Positions 37,805 through 51,437 of a DNA stretch of 64,000 bases are shown in pieces. Origin of the DNA: Carcharhinus longimanus (taxonomy: Eukaryota); the NCBI GenBank assembly GCA_030264375.1, contig JASCQW010000001.1:87257657-87321656 (forward strand), in the 5' to 3' direction. Under the pieces are notes generated by a model. The model did no database searches. It was not told where the DNA came from and was given only the letters and a program-made list of their open reading frames with translations. Made by a program: the position numbers and the translations under genes. Each line of letters begins with the position of its first letter. The stretch's first letter is position 1.

Positions 37805-40225
37805 AGAGAAACTCAACAGGATAATTGAGAGAGAATAGAGCTAATGTTTGAGTCAGAATGACCCTTTGTCAGAGCTGAAGGCAAGATACATATTTGGGGG
37901 TGGGTGTAGTAATTGGGCAAAGGAAATGTAAATGGTGATGATAAAGTCTGAGAATATATGAATGGCAGAACAAGGATATGGATTGTTAGAGGACAACCTG
38001 AAGAATGTTGGGAGGGTGGAGGGGAGAGAGACTCCAGAAGTGGAAAAGTAAAAGTAATGAATGTGTGGGAAAAATAAATAAAACAAATGGGGTGGAGGAG
38101 TGAGTTCATGCACTGAGGTTATTGAACACAATATTATGTCTAGAAAATTGTTACGTGCCCCATTGGAAGATGAGGTACCGTTCCTCTAGTTTTTGATGGG
38201 CTTCAATTGAACGTAAGTTCAAGGATGGACATGTGGGCAGGGTGCTCTTGGTCTCTCTTTGATGTATACCACATTGGGAGCAGTGACTGAAGGAGGTACC
38301 TGTGGAATGCTGCTACAATTGAAAAGTAACCACCCCATCCCCCAGAATGGTGAGCAGGAAGAAGGTGAAGAGGCAGGTGTTACATCTTCCATGATTACTT
38401 GGGAAGGTGTCATTGGCTGGGGTGCAAGTCTTGGATGTGATGGAAGAGTGGACCAATGTGCCCTGGGAGAGATCAGTCCCTGCTGAATGCTGACAGGGTG
38501 AGTGAGGGCAAGATGTGCTGAATAGTAGCATCATGCTGGAGTTGGTGGAAATAGCTGAGGATGATGCTTTGAGTGCAGAGGCTGGCGCAGTAAAAAGTGA
38601 GAACAAGGGGGACCCTATCCTGGTTTTGAGATGGGTGGGGGTGAGAGCAGTGGCTTAGGCGATGGGTCGGACATCACTGAGAGCCCTGTTAACATAGTGG
38701 ATGGAAAGACACGATAAAAAACAAAGAACAGTACAGCACATGAACAGGCCTTCGGCCTCCAAGCCTGCGCCAATTGTCTTTACCTATCTAACCCCTCACT
38801 TATATCCCTCAATTCCCTGTTTGTTTATATGCCTATCAAGATAAGTCTTAAATGTGGCTAATGTAACTGCCTCAACCACCTCATTTGGAAGTGCATTCCA
38901 TGCCCCCACCACCCTTTATGTTAAAAAAAATACTTCTTCCACACGTCTCCACTGAACCTTTTCCCCCCTTATCTTGAACTTATGTCCCCTTGTAATTGTC
39001 ATTTCTGCCCTGGGAAAAAGTTTCCATCTGTTCACCCTATCTGTACCTCAATTTTATAAACTTCTATCAGGTTGTCCCTCAGCCTCCATCTTTCCAGGGA
39101 GAACAATCTCTGTTTATTCAATCCTTCATACCAGGCAACAACCTGTTAAACCTTTTCTGCACTCTCTCCAAAGCCTCCGTGTCTTTCTGGTAGTGTGATG
39201 ACCAGAATAGGACACAGTATTCCAAATTTGACCTAACCAACGTTTTATACAATCATAACATAATTTGCCAACTTTTATACTCGATGCCCCATCCGATTGA
39301 AGGCAAGCATGCCATATGTTTTCTTTATCATCTTTTCCATCTGTTCCACCATTTTTAAGGACCTGTGGACCCTTACTCCCAGGTCTCTCTATGTCTATGC
39401 TCTTGATTGTCCTGCCATTTATTTTATAAATCCCACCTGAATTGGATCTACCAAAATGCACCACCTCGCATTTGCCCAAATTAAATTCTATCTGCCATTT
39501 CTCCACCCAGTCTATCTGTACCCTGCTGTATTCTGGCAATCTTCATCACTGTCCCAACTCTGCCAATCTTAGTATCATCTGCAAACTTGCTAATCAGACT
39601 AGCTATATATTACGAAAAGCAGAGGTCCCATCACTGATCCCTGCAGGACACCACGAGTTACAGATCTCCACTCAGGAAAACCACCATTCTACTGCTACTC
39701 TCTCTTCTATGGCCAAGCCAGTTCTGAATCCATCTAGCTAGTTCACCCCTGATCTCATGAGATTTAATCTTTTGCACCAACCTGCCATGAGAGACCTTGT
39801 TGAATGCCTTACTAAAGTCCATGTAGACAACATCCTTAGCCCTTCCCTCGTGAATCATTTTTGTTAACTCACAAAAAACTCAATTAACTTAGTGAGACAT
39901 GACCTCCCCTCCCACATACAAAACCATGCCACCTGTCACTAACAAGATTGTTCAGTTCCAAATGTATATAGATCCTATTCCTAAGAATCTTCTCCAACAG
40001 TTTCCCCATCACTGACATCAAGCTCACTGGCCTATAATTACCTGGATTTGGGAAGAAGGAAGATATATCAATTTTTTATTTTGAAGTGGCTTCATCGGAA
40101 CAGGTAGAGTGGAAGCCATCCCACATTTGCCTTTCAGCTTTGACAGAGGGTCAACCTAACTCAAAATGTTGGCTCTATTCTCGGTCCGCAGATACTGACA
40201 GACCTGCTGAGTTTCTTCAACAGCA
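37805..40225 (-). mobile_element. Decayed Penelope element with an inverted terminal repeat, split by a CR1 insertion
   Basis: Terminal repeat at 37810-37880; antisense endonuclease end (KLEERYLIFQWG) at about 38120-38210; TLVHSS...TFP...RCNTC in ORF 38313-38606. An oppositely oriented terminal repeat lies at 40130-40225. Confidence 0.7.
38718..40048 (-). mobile_element. CR1 LINE ORF2 (RT) 3' part
   Basis: ORFs read DVVYMDFSKAFNKVSHGRLVQKIK...WIQNWL and WQIEFNLGKCEVVHFGRSN. The tail ACAAAGAACAGTACAGCACA is at 38720. Confidence 0.95.
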
Positions 40226-43200
40226 ATGCTGCCAATGATTGGAATGGAAAGAAGTCTCCAATGCAATGTTGCCTGAGTGCTCTGCAGCAGGCTTTCCTGG
40301 CATACTTGGGCTCCACCCTACACCGCACCCCCCTCCCCCCCACCCTGCCTCCGTCCTCCGCTGTGCAAAGCTTCCAGCTGTCAGAAATAGCGTTGGAAGA
40401 TTGCGCTGCCGAACTCACCGGCATGGAACACTCCGCTTTCAGACTTGGGAAGTTTCAGCCCAATATGTATAGATATCAATGAGTGTTGTAAGGAAATGTG
40501 ACCGATAGTTTTTGTTGTAAAATAGACATTCTGTAGTAATGTACAAGGTCTTGCCAAGTTCAATATTTCATGTGAGTCATGCCATTTTTCAAGTTGCTTT
40601 TTATGAATTTGTTCATTATGCGGCCAAATGAGCAGCCCATTTGCAGTAAGAAAACAGTTCTGCTTCACTGAAAACAACACCACATTCTCAACCTTGCAGG
40701 AAATCTTCAAGAAATACCTAATTTGAAATTTATTCCTCCTTGTACATTGACAGTTTCACTGGATTCTGTCCTTCCAAAATAATTAGTGGTAAACTTCATG
40801 CTATTAGTGGAACGACAGCTTCTGTAATACTCATAATGATCATAATAGTAGTACTCACAAGCAAAGTATATTAAGGACACCAGCAAATTCTGGATGAATA
40901 GGATAGCATGCATGATGGAGTACATAGGGCCTGCCGACTTACTTTAGATTAAAAAAATTCTGAAGTAGAAGCAGAAAGCACTGAATGATGATGGGTTGAA
41001 ATAAAAGCCTCTTTCTGTTTGTACATTAAAAATAACTTTGTTTTATTTCTGAGAGCCTCTCAAAACACTTTACTGTGTTATTTACCTGCAGTGTAATCAC
41101 TCTCCTCCATTTCTCACTGTGCAACTTTGTTCACCCGGTCATTAGCTCCCATTTTATTGCCCTGCCAATCATGATTTCTTAAGTAATCTATTCCATTTCC
41201 AAGTGAGCTGACAATCTGGTATTGCACATCCACAAGAGGCCAATTAATGCCCTCCACTTGGCAGAAAGAGGATGATAGTGGAGCTAAAATGATCATTACA
41301 TTTCATGCCCCTCACCAATCACTCACATACATCCAAAGCCCACGTGTGACTTGGGTGAGAACCTTGTCACTCTGTGTAAATTGACCTCCTAGGCTGTTCA
41401 GATGTAATGGATATGCAGCTCAGTCAAAATCTTTTGGCAAGTTGAATAGGCATGATAGAGAGGTCAGAGCTGAAATTATGTTTCTGGGCCCAGGAAGAAC
41501 TCCTTAGGCCTCCACAGGAAGAAAAAAATACTGCTATGGCTCCCCTTTCCCTTTTACAATCGCCCCCACCTCCTCCACTCATCCAAGCACTCCCGCACTC
41601 ATCACCCACACAAACCTGGGTCACGGTTTCCATTGCTAGTCCAGTCTGGCCAAGATTGGACTGGCCCAGTGATGTTAAGCCACTATGGGGGAGCATTTTT
41701 GGGGAATGTTGTTTTCCAGGTATGCATTAATAATAAGGCCCAGCGCTCAGCATGGATCAGGTTTCTTGCTAGTGGTAGTAGGCAACTACCCAGAAATTAA
41801 ATTCCTCCCATGCAGTGTCAATTCAAGCTAAAAGTTTTAAATCCCATACATTTGAAAAAATCACGATGCAGTCAGAACATATAAAACAACTTGAGTGACA
41901 AAATTTCAAGTGGGCGATGGTTCATCAATCAGTGGAGATATTGAATTATGATGTTATGACATAATTTAACACTGTGAAAAAGATTTGTTCAGATAAAATT
42001 GGAAAGGTAGAACACAATCATAGAGCTCTAAATTGCAGCACAGATCAGAAGGGGGGTAGGAATCCTCTGGGCCTGCTAGCTCTGGTCCCAAATCGGGATG
42101 GCCCGGAAAATTGGGCGTCAGTGTGAAAAACGGATTTGGCGCTCGTGTTGCCAGCCCCAATTAGGTTTCCTCCCGCTATGGACAGGAACCTGACTCATAT
42201 TCAAATTAACAACTTTAAATATAATTAACGAGCTTGAAGCCTGATTTAAATAGCTCTTGCTATTCACCCACCTCCCCCAACAGGATCTGCAGTGGCACAG
42301 GCCCCTAGGGTCAAGGAAACACCAACAACCCCTTGGCAATGAGAAGCATTCTCCCTCCAGATTTTTCTCTGGTGTGAGTACTCAGTCTCAATTCACCATC
42401 TATATAACGGTTTGCATTATCCTCTCATTCTTGAGGACGACCCACAATGTCTTGTTCTTGGCTAGTTTTTACATTTTTTTAGTGGAATATTTTTCTCCTG
42501 AATTCTGTTGCCCTCTACTACAAATGTTGGCCACTGTTGTGCCCCAATACCTGCCAATATGTTTTTCCAGTTTGAATGCTGAGATTTTTAAGAAGAATTT
42601 GAATGTTGGGATGCTGGTATGAAAGGATAGGCTGTCAAATTGCCTCCTTCTATAATTTTCTTTATGACTTTTCTGAGGATCGAATATCAAAATTCTGTCC
42701 CAATTTGTGTGTCAAGTGTAAAGATGCTGGGTTGCGTGGAAATGATGACAAAGGACTAACAACTTAAACAGTTCACTTAGCATCCTTGAGCAGCTCTTAC
42801 ATGCTGAGTGTGTGGCCACGCTATTGACACATCATGTCTTGTGTACTAGTCATCATGATGTACACATGAACATACAGTCCACACCAACAACTAGCCAACA
42901 GCTCATCTGGATCTTCATGCAAAAGCTGGGATTACAAGCTCCATCAAATCCTCCACTGTTATCCACGTTCACAACCAATTTGAGCAGTAGAAGCAATTCC
43001 TCATCTAAGCATCGATCTGCCTCTCATGAAGGACGAAGTTTGAACTCTCCTGTTGTTGCAAAAGGCCTCTGCTGCATTTGATGCATCCAAGACAGCAAGA
43101 TGTAAACATAAGGGAGAAATAAATAGAAGAAAATCCTGATTGAGGTAGGGTGGGCAGATGTTTGTTTGGAACATAAACTGGAGCACCCTGGGGGCACAAT

Positions 43201-45339
43201 TCCCTCAAAAAATTTAGATGTGTGTTGTCAGGCAATTCGTATCAAGTAAGTTGGTATGATCCCAATCACAATCAACCCACACTTAGACTTTTGTTTTGGA
43301 GTTTGGGTGATTGGTGTTGCGAATAGGATGTGTGGGACCTAACCACACTGGCAAGAACCGTTCCTCTGATCAAAGAAGCACCCCAATCTCAGAATAATGC
43401 TGTAGGAATCCTCCATTCATGCCAGCAAAGAACCCCTCCCCCACCGGCCCCCATCCCCAATTGCCAGTCCCAGAGGCACCTCTCCAAGTGAGCAACATCC
43501 CATATTGGTGGTGCCAGGGCATTATCCAGCCATATCCCTGACCAGCTGATGGCTGCAATTGGCTTCCAAGCACCCCCCTNNNNNNNNNNNNNNNNNNNNN
43601 NNNNNNNNNNNNNNNNNNNNNNNNNNNNNNNNNNNNNNNNNNNNNNNNNNNNNNNNNNNNNNNNNNNNNNNNNNNNNNNNNNNNNNNNNNNNNNNNNNNN
43701 NNCCAGTTGCTTGAACTGGTTAAGACCAGCCTCCAGTAAAGGCATGCTGTAGAGGCATAGGAGTTGGAAAAAAATCCCCTTTAAAAATGAACTCAGATTG
43801 TACACCTGTGCTTTCTAGGAAGCACTTCCAGAGAAGAAAAAGACCTTGAAAGTATCAGGTCAGAATGAACAGCTATGCTTTTCAGAAAGCGTTTCAGGAT
43901 TAATGGACCGTGAAGTGCTGAATAAATAAACAATCATCATTCCTCCTTTGAAGGAGCCAGCAACTGCCATTCAAGAGGGTTGTAAAAATTAAAGGGATGT
44001 GCATTGGAAGTAGAGAGAGGGCTAGCCCCTGCAACTGGACAGCTCTATGACATTGACATACTGAGAAATAGTTCAAAGCCTTGAAAAGCAACAGAGAAAA
44101 GACTAGCCACATGACACCAATCCCAGAGGAGACCCTGACCTGAACCTCTCTAACCCAATCTCACCCCGCAACCTGCAGCTCCCTTAACTGGTCCCCCTGC
44201 CACCTCAAACCCTGGCAGTGGATGCTTTGCCCATACGCGCCCCGGAGGTGACTGCTGAGTGGTGGTATTCACTTCCTTACTGCCCCTGCTTTTAGGGACC
44301 TGCAGTGATTGACCCCAGGTGATCTCTTGCTGGGGGGTGGGGGGGTGAGCAAACCAGGAGGCTGTTGTGTTTGACTTTAATTGCTCATGAGATTAAAATT
44401 AGTGCAAATGAGTTCAAATCAGATTCTCTCCCTTTCTGGGAGAGATCCTGATCATGCCTGGTGAAGGAGCATTGCAAACTCCGCAAAATCTCATTTTAGG
44501 CGTCTCTCAAAATTCACCGTTCCAGGATCTGCACCTGGGGATAATGGGGCTGGAGAACTACACCCTCCTCCCCTCCATTTCTGTGCTGTAAATTCTATAT
44601 AGTCCAAAGAGCTGGGAGACCTATTTCATTTACAATGTGCCCTGCAAACTACCATCGAACCAAACAAATAGATCTCCAAGGAAACAGATTGCTCAGGCAA
44701 TTACCAAAGTAGTGCCTAGATTTTAATGGATTGCATAAAGAGAAAACAAAGTTTAGATATCCTCTGTTAGTTGCTCTGTTCTAATATAAGAAGAGGTCAG
44801 TTTTGATATCCAAATACAGATATATTGAGGCTTCAGATGTATCATTGATATTCTCACTTCTAGGATTATCCAACCCTCAGATTTCAGAGGTATTTCTGGA
44901 GCATCGAGTCTTATCTCCTTTTGGCAGTGGGGTTATCAGTTCCATCAAGAACTTTTGATTCCAACAGATCCTACTTTGGGCATGAGCTATTGTGACCAGT
45001 TTCATTCTCCCTTTTCTTTGTTCTCAGAGACACTGGGAATTTCTGGCTATGCTCCCCCCAAGACCAGATAATCCTGTCTGAGGTTAACGGGCCTTTGTAT
45101 GGTCTGCCCCTGCCAATCGCCCCCCCCCCCCCCCCNNNNNNNNNNNNNNNNNNNNNNNNNNNNNNNNNNNNNNNNNNNNNNNNNNNNNNNNNNNNNNNNN
45201 NNNNNNNNNNNNNNNNNNNNNNNNNNNNNNNNNNNTCTGCCCCTGCCAAGCCCCCCCCCACCCCGCCACAGCCTTGTCCAGTTCCTCCTCATCCAACCCC
45301 TCCCCCCACCCCAGTGTCCCCGTCCCAACAGTCCCCCAA

Positions 45340-45516
45340 CACCCACCCCTGCCTCCGCCCCACTCCACTACGGTTCCTGCGGCAGGTGGGTGGGAAAGTT
45401 TAAAGTGACGCCTTTTTCTGCCTGCTGCTGGCTCCTACGACTTCACAAGTTAACTCAATATTTTCTCCTCTCTCTTAATATCTGTGCCTGTAAAGGCATC
45501 CATCTCCGTCTGCTAG
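45340..45516 (+). promoter_or_regulatory. Candidate promoter and first non-coding exon
   Basis: GC box CCTCCGCCCC (45352-45361), local CpGs, TTTAAA/GTGACG at about 45400-45410, and a perfect donor CTAG|GTAAGT at 45516/45517 in non-repetitive sequence. Confidence 0.35.
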
Positions 45517-46544
45517 GTAAGTAAATAACTGAATGGTTTGAACAGAATCTAAATGAACTAACAGAAATATTGCTAATTTTACAGAGACATGGAGGGAGAG
45601 ATAATTTTCTCCCTCTGCTGCTGAACAGCTTCAAAAAACGATTAAAACCTACCATCTATTACTGATCGTTTGCGGGGGTGCTGACCACGATATTGATATC
45701 TTAATTAGCAAGGGATGTATTCCTAACCAACCAGAGTGAAACAAGTGACAGAAGGTCTCACCTCTCGTCCCACACCCCACCCACACTCTCCAGTTCTGAC
45801 AATTGAACGAGATGAATGTCAAGTCTTATGATTGTCATTGAGTCACTGGGCATGCTTTCCAACCAGCATGACAGACTCTGTGGCTCAAATTCAATAGTGC
45901 TTCATATCAGATGGAAAACGATTAGTGTAATGAACAAGTTTGCTCGATGAGAAATGCCCAAGGAGAGTACTAAATGCTTCCTCAGGCCTCAGTGGAATAA
46001 ATGTGGCAAGCTGGACTAATTCCATTCCTCCTGGCCCCCGAAATTAAAATAATGTGAAGGAAAAAAAGATTATCTGATGGTTCCTTCTGCAACTTTTAAT
46101 CATTCTTTTATAATGACCGCGGCTTAGGCAACTGCAAAACATGAAAAGCATGTCAGAGTTCATGCAGTGAAAACTCTGACTAATCTTTAAGAAATGTTCC
46201 AGAAAAGGCAAAGGATCTTAATTTTAATACTAAATGAAACCTCTGGTCATTTCAGGTGGGCCTCACAACCACCAAAACGTCAGGCCCAGATAAAATTAGC
46301 AGCAGTCCAAACAAACGTACTGATCAAATACAGTCCATATTTCTCTGCTGAAATTGTCACTGGTATGCATATTGCATGCCTCTGAAAAGGACATAATGTT
46401 GAATTGTGTCTGTGATTTGTGACCTTTTTCTATTGATCTTGCACTTCTCAAGAATTATGTTTAAAAAGATGGGAAGTTATGACATCTTCATGTTACATTA
46501 TATTAAAATTAAATGTTTCGAGTTCCAGATAATGGCTTCTGGTA

Positions 46545-46865
46545 CTGTTCACTAATCTCATTAACCTGTTCCATCCCTATAAGCTCCCAAGATCTTTGAA
46601 GTCTTTCAATTCTGTCCACTTCTGCATCCCCAGTTTTAATCAGGCCACTATTGGCATCCTTGCCTTTAGTTCGCAAAACTGCATAACTCCCTCCTTTAAT
46701 CTTCTCTGCCTCTCCACCTTTCTCTCTTCCTTCAGTACAATCCTTGAAACCTATCTCTTTGATTAAGCTTTTGATAATCTGTCCTCAGATTTCCCTATGA
46801 AGCTCCTTTTGTTTGGAAACTCTCCTGTTGAGACAATAATACTGGCACTATATAAATGCATGTTC
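46545..46865 (+). mobile_element. Old L2 LINE 3' fragment
   Basis: AACTCCCTCC...CTCTGCCTCTCCACCTTTCTCTCTTCCTT...CCTTGAAACCTATCTCTTTGATTAAGCTTTT (LKTYLF motif) and GGCACTATATAAATGCA end. Confidence 0.7.
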
Positions 46866-46926
46866 CAGTGTTTATAAAAATTTGCATGAGTTTTTTTTTT
46901 TCTGGCATAGTGAACTCCATTGTCTT

Positions 46927-47262
46927 ATAGAACCCTACAGTACAAAAAGAGGCCATTTGGCCCATCGAGTCTGCACCGACCACAATCCCACCCAGGCCCT
47001 ACCCCTATATCCCTACAAATTTACCCACTAATCCCTCTAATGTATGCATCTCAGGACACTAAGGGGCAATTTTAGCATGGCCAATCAACATAACCTGCAC
47101 ATCATTGGACTGTGGGAGGAAACCGGAGCACCCGGAGGAAACCCACGCAGACATGAGGAGAACGTACAAACTCCACACAGACAGTGACCCAAGCCAGGAA
47201 TTGAACCAGGTCCCTGGAGCTATGAAACAGCAGTGCTAACCACCGTGCTACCGTGCCACCCC
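46927..47262 (-). mobile_element. HE1-type V-SINE, well preserved
   Basis: Full length with head, V-domain (GGGAGGAAACCGGAGCACCCGGAGGAAACCCACGCAGAC) and CR1-type tail. Confidence 0.95.
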
Positions 47263-47676
47263 TGAATTATGGTCTGAATACCTGGGAACTCCTGTTGCTT
47301 GAATTAGTTGAGATCTTGTGTTACGTAGCAGCCTTTTCCCATCATTCAGTTCATCAATGATTTCCATTTCAAGTGGGTTCCACCTACGCTAATCTCCATT
47401 TTAAATGGAAGAGGGGAGGGACAAGACATGATGGGCTATACAACAGCCAATAACTGTTTCACCTTATGCTGTTAGTCTGTTAATCTTTTATATTGTACTG
47501 AGTAGTTATTTGATGACATGGCTATTTTAAAGGATCACATGGCAGAAACATGGGAGTTCTTCCTCGAGCATGGATAGACTGGATGCATATAGGAGCTGCT
47601 CAGAGTATTAAATAAGTTATTGTGTAATAAGTCATTGGAACCCAACACTTCTGCAGCATCCTTTGGACAATTTCAT

Positions 47677-47970
47677 CATAGAATCTACAGTGCAGAAGGA
47701 GACCATTTGGCCCATCGAGCCTGCACTGACAACAATCCCAGCCAGGTCTCGTCTGTGTAATCCCAGGTATTTACCCGCCTAATCCCCCTGACACTAAGGA
47801 GCAATTTATCACGGCCAATCAACCTAACATACACATCTTTGGGAGGAAACCAACGCAGACATGGGGAGAATGTGTCAACTCCAAATAGACAGTCACCCAA
47901 AGCCAGAATTGAAAGCAGATCCCTCGTGCTGTGAGGCAGCAGTGCTAACCACTGTGCCACTGGGCCGCCC
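47677..47970 (-). mobile_element. HE1-type V-SINE
   Basis: Same structure as 46927-47262 with an internal deletion. Confidence 0.9.
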
Positions 47971-48339
47971 CAATTTGCTGAGATACTATGCATTGCATTT
48001 GCAAAATATCAGGAAACTCATTCCTTTTGTATTCAACTCTTTATATTGTAGCTGGAAAAGTCAAATGATCACAAAATAACAGACTATCTCACTATCTCTG
48101 CGAAACTGAATTCTTCAAGATACAGGCTCTTCAAATTTCAATTATTGTTCAATAATGCCACTTTAATGTTAAAATTTATGCTTCTTCCCCATCAAATGAA
48201 GGGCAGCCAAGAAAAATACAACAAACATATAGAGCAGAAACGTAGCACAGCACAGTGAAATGTAAATAAGATTACGTGTAATGTATCAAACAGGTCAGCT
48301 GTGACATTTTTTTGTGCAAAGTTTCTCTTCATTTCCATC

Positions 48340-48625
48340 CTTTAATTTAACTTTGATTGATTTACCTGGAGTTGCTGTGTCGTGTAGTTTTCATTCCCTT
48401 TATATCCCAAAGTGACAGCTTCGACAAAAATAATCCATTTAAAGTGGGTGAATCAGCAGCAAAATGTTCTCTGTAATGATTTATGTTAATTACAGTGCCG
48501 TTCCTGATTTACAGGTGTTGATTAAACTTTAACCGTTTCTTTCCGCCCCAGCAGCGCTGCTGTAAAAGATACTAAATGATTTTATCATCTTCATTCCAGT
48601 ACCTTATTTATGGAAATTACATCAA
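48340..48625. promoter_or_regulatory. Candidate enhancer / conserved non-coding element (PBX-HOX and MEIS motif cluster)
   Basis: TGATTGAT 48354, TGATTTAC 48358 and 48505, TGACAG 48413, TGATTTAT 48477, E-box CAGGTG 48512, and TTTATGG at about 48607, all in repeat-free sequence. Confidence 0.35.
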
Positions 48626-49727
48626 CATGTACGATCACACAGAACATACTGAAAATTCTTGCATGTGTTGCAATGGTGAAATTATAGGGGTTTGGTTTGG
48701 TTTGGCTGAAAGCTAGCACCAAAAAAAAGGCTCAGCAACATCCAAAACACAGTAGCCGACAACCGTGAAGGCAAAGTACTATTTAACTAGACATTGAGTA
48801 AATGCAGTGATTGTGATCCTGTTGTTCCAACCTGCTTTGTCCTTTGTTGTCTTGTTTGTAGGTTCAAAGGTTCAGCAAACAAATTGGACTTTGAGTGTTA
48901 GCCAAAGGTTGGGATAGTAAACGGAATCCATTTTTTTAGGATGATGTTTACATTATTGAGATTTGAAAAAAAACACAGCAGTTACATTCACCAAGCTAAG
49001 ACTAAAATTATATAAAACACCTGACAGAAAATAGCAAAAGTCAACTTGGATTTGCATTTCACAACAGTCAGAAATAAGCCTTGGAGATAGCTCTCGAATC
49101 ACGTTATATATTTATTTTTAATCCCAACAGGGTTTTAAAGTCTAATTCATAGTACCATATGTATGCAACTCAGGATTGTGCCATTCAAAATGAGATTCAG
49201 ATGCTTGCTGTGGCTGTAGGGGCTTTATTTTCTTAGCTTTCAATTGAGGTCAGTGGAACTGTGCAACATAGCTGAATAGATGGATGCAGTCAAGACCACA
49301 TAAAGCATATCAAATATTGAAAGCTATATTTTCTTTAATGGTGGCAGCTCCATCTGGACCACTCAGCTGGTGAAATAATGAATAGATCCTGTTAGTGACA
49401 ATCATGCTGCTGCCAAAATTAGAAATAGGGAATCAAGATAATGTGATCATGGGAGTATGATTCCTTGTACAAACTACAATGGCTAAGTTTAACCCCTGCA
49501 CCTCTAACACAAACAGATTTCACCAATGCCCCAGTGGATGTGGGCCTTTCCACTACTTGATCTGACCTGATTTTAGGTGCATGTTGGGGTCCCAATGTAA
49601 AGATCAATGTTGCATTCTGATGAGGCCTTAACAACTTTCATTTTAAATCAAATTCATGGATATCTACACTTCCCATACAAAAGTCAACTAATCACCCTAC
49701 TGCATTCCCTGGTCTACTGTTCCTAGG

Positions 49728-49858
49728 AAGTTTCACAACACCAGGTCAAAGTCCAACAGGTTTATTTAAAGTTTAAATAAACCTGTTCAACTTTAACCTG
49801 GTGTTGTGAGATTTCTTACTGTGCTTACCCCAATCCAATGCCGCCACTTCCACATCAT
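49728..49858. mobile_element. Penelope terminal repeats in inverted (palindromic) arrangement
   Basis: About 43-bp arms centred on 49771 (..CCAACAGGTTTATTTAAA G TTTAAATAAACCTGTT..); the arm sequence matches 13995-14040. Confidence 0.88.
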
Positions 49859-49959
49859 CTACTGCTCCTATATGGTGCTATCCCAGTAACTAAAACATGA
49901 GTGGTGGAAGGCTGCTGACTTTCACTGTGAAAGACTGTAGATGAACTTACAGGATGCGC

Positions 49960-51437
49960 TTGAACAGCTCTGAGTCTGGAAGGCCTTGCTTCAGATAAAG
50001 CAATTGAATGGGTCATCGACCATGCTATCAAACAACACTTGCTCAGAAACAATCTGCGTAATGATGCTCAGTTTGGGTTCCACAAGAGCCACTCATCTCT
50101 GGACCTCATTACAAACCAAAGGGCTGAAGTGAAGAGGTGGGGTGTGAATGAGTGCCTTTGAAATCAAGACCTCAGTTGACTGAATGTAGGATCAAGGAAC
50201 TTAGCAAAGCTGGAGTCATGGGAATTGGGGTGGGGTGGGGTGGTGGTGGGGGTGGGGCGGGNNNNNNNNNNNNNNNNNNNNNNNNNNNNNNNNNNNNNNN
50301 NNNNNNNNNNNNNNNNNNNNNNNNNNNNNNNNNNNNNNNNNNNNNNNNNNNNNNNNNNNNNGGGGGGGGGGGGGGGGGGGGGGATGGTTGTTGGCAAGGG
50401 AGGGACTCTCCACAGGTTGAAGTCACACCTGGCGTAAAGGAATAGGTTGAGGTTGTTTTGGAGGTCTATCATCTCAGTTCCAGGACGTCACTGTAGGAGT
50501 TCCTCAGGGTAGCGTCCTAGGCTGCTTCATCAATGACTTTCCATCCATCATAATGTCGGAGGTGGATATGTTCTCTGACTGCACAACGTTCAGCAACATT
50601 TGAGACTCCTCAGATACTGAAGCAATCCATGCCCAGATGCAGCAAGATCTAAACTTTCAAATCACACAAGTGACAGGATATGACCATCTGCAACAAGAAA
50701 GGATCTAACCATCAACCTTTGAAATACAATGGCATTATCGTTGCTGAATCCTCCACTATCAAAACCCTGGGTGCTACTGTTGACCAGAACCTGAACTGGA
50801 CTAGACATACAAATACCGTGGCCATAAAAGTAGGTCAGAGGCTGGGAATTTGCTGATGAGTAACTCACTTCCAGACTCTTCAAAGCCTGTCCACTATCTA
50901 CAAGAAACGAGTCAGGAATGTGATGGAATACTCTGCACTTGCCTGGATGAATGCAGTTCCATCAACACTCAAGAAGCTCAACATCATTCAGGATAAAGCA
51001 GCCTGCTTGATTGGCACCCCATTCACCAGCTCCAATGTCCATTCCCTCCACCAATGATGCATAACGGCAGCAACATGTCCATTTACGAGGTGCATTGCAA
51101 CAACTCATCAAGGCTCCTTCAACAGCACCTTCCAAACCCATGACATCCACCATCGAGTAGGACAAGGGTAGCAGATACATGGAAGCACCACCACCTGCAA
51201 GTTCCCCTTCAATTCGCTCACCACTCTGACAAGGGGCTGTAAGGCCATTCCTTCACTGTTGCTAGGTCAAAATCCTGAAAATCCCTGCCAAACAGCACTG
51301 TGATTGTATCTACACCATGTGGACTGCAGCAAGTCAAGAAGGTGGTTTACCATCACTTAAGGGTATTTAAGGAAGGGCAATAAAAATGCTAGCCTGGCTA
51401 GCAATGCCCGCATCTCATGAATTAATTTCAAAAAAAG
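49960..51437 (+). mobile_element. CR1/L2-group non-LTR retrotransposon, RT region to 3' end
   Basis: QFGF, GVPQGSVLG (GGAGTTCCTCAGGGTAGCGTCCTAGG at about 50496) and YK..VRNVMEYSALAWMNA. The tail GGGCAATAAAAATGCTAGCCTGGCTAGCAATGCCCGCATCTCATGAATT is followed by an A-run. Confidence 0.85.

Noticed and set aside
47317-47678. Possible additional solo LTR
   Set aside because: Composition is LTR-like, but the right end overlaps a SINE tail and no TSD can be shown.
50225-50395. G-rich runs with G-quadruplex potential (also C-runs at 45120-45360)
   Set aside because: They border assembly gaps, so the true sequence and length are unreliable.
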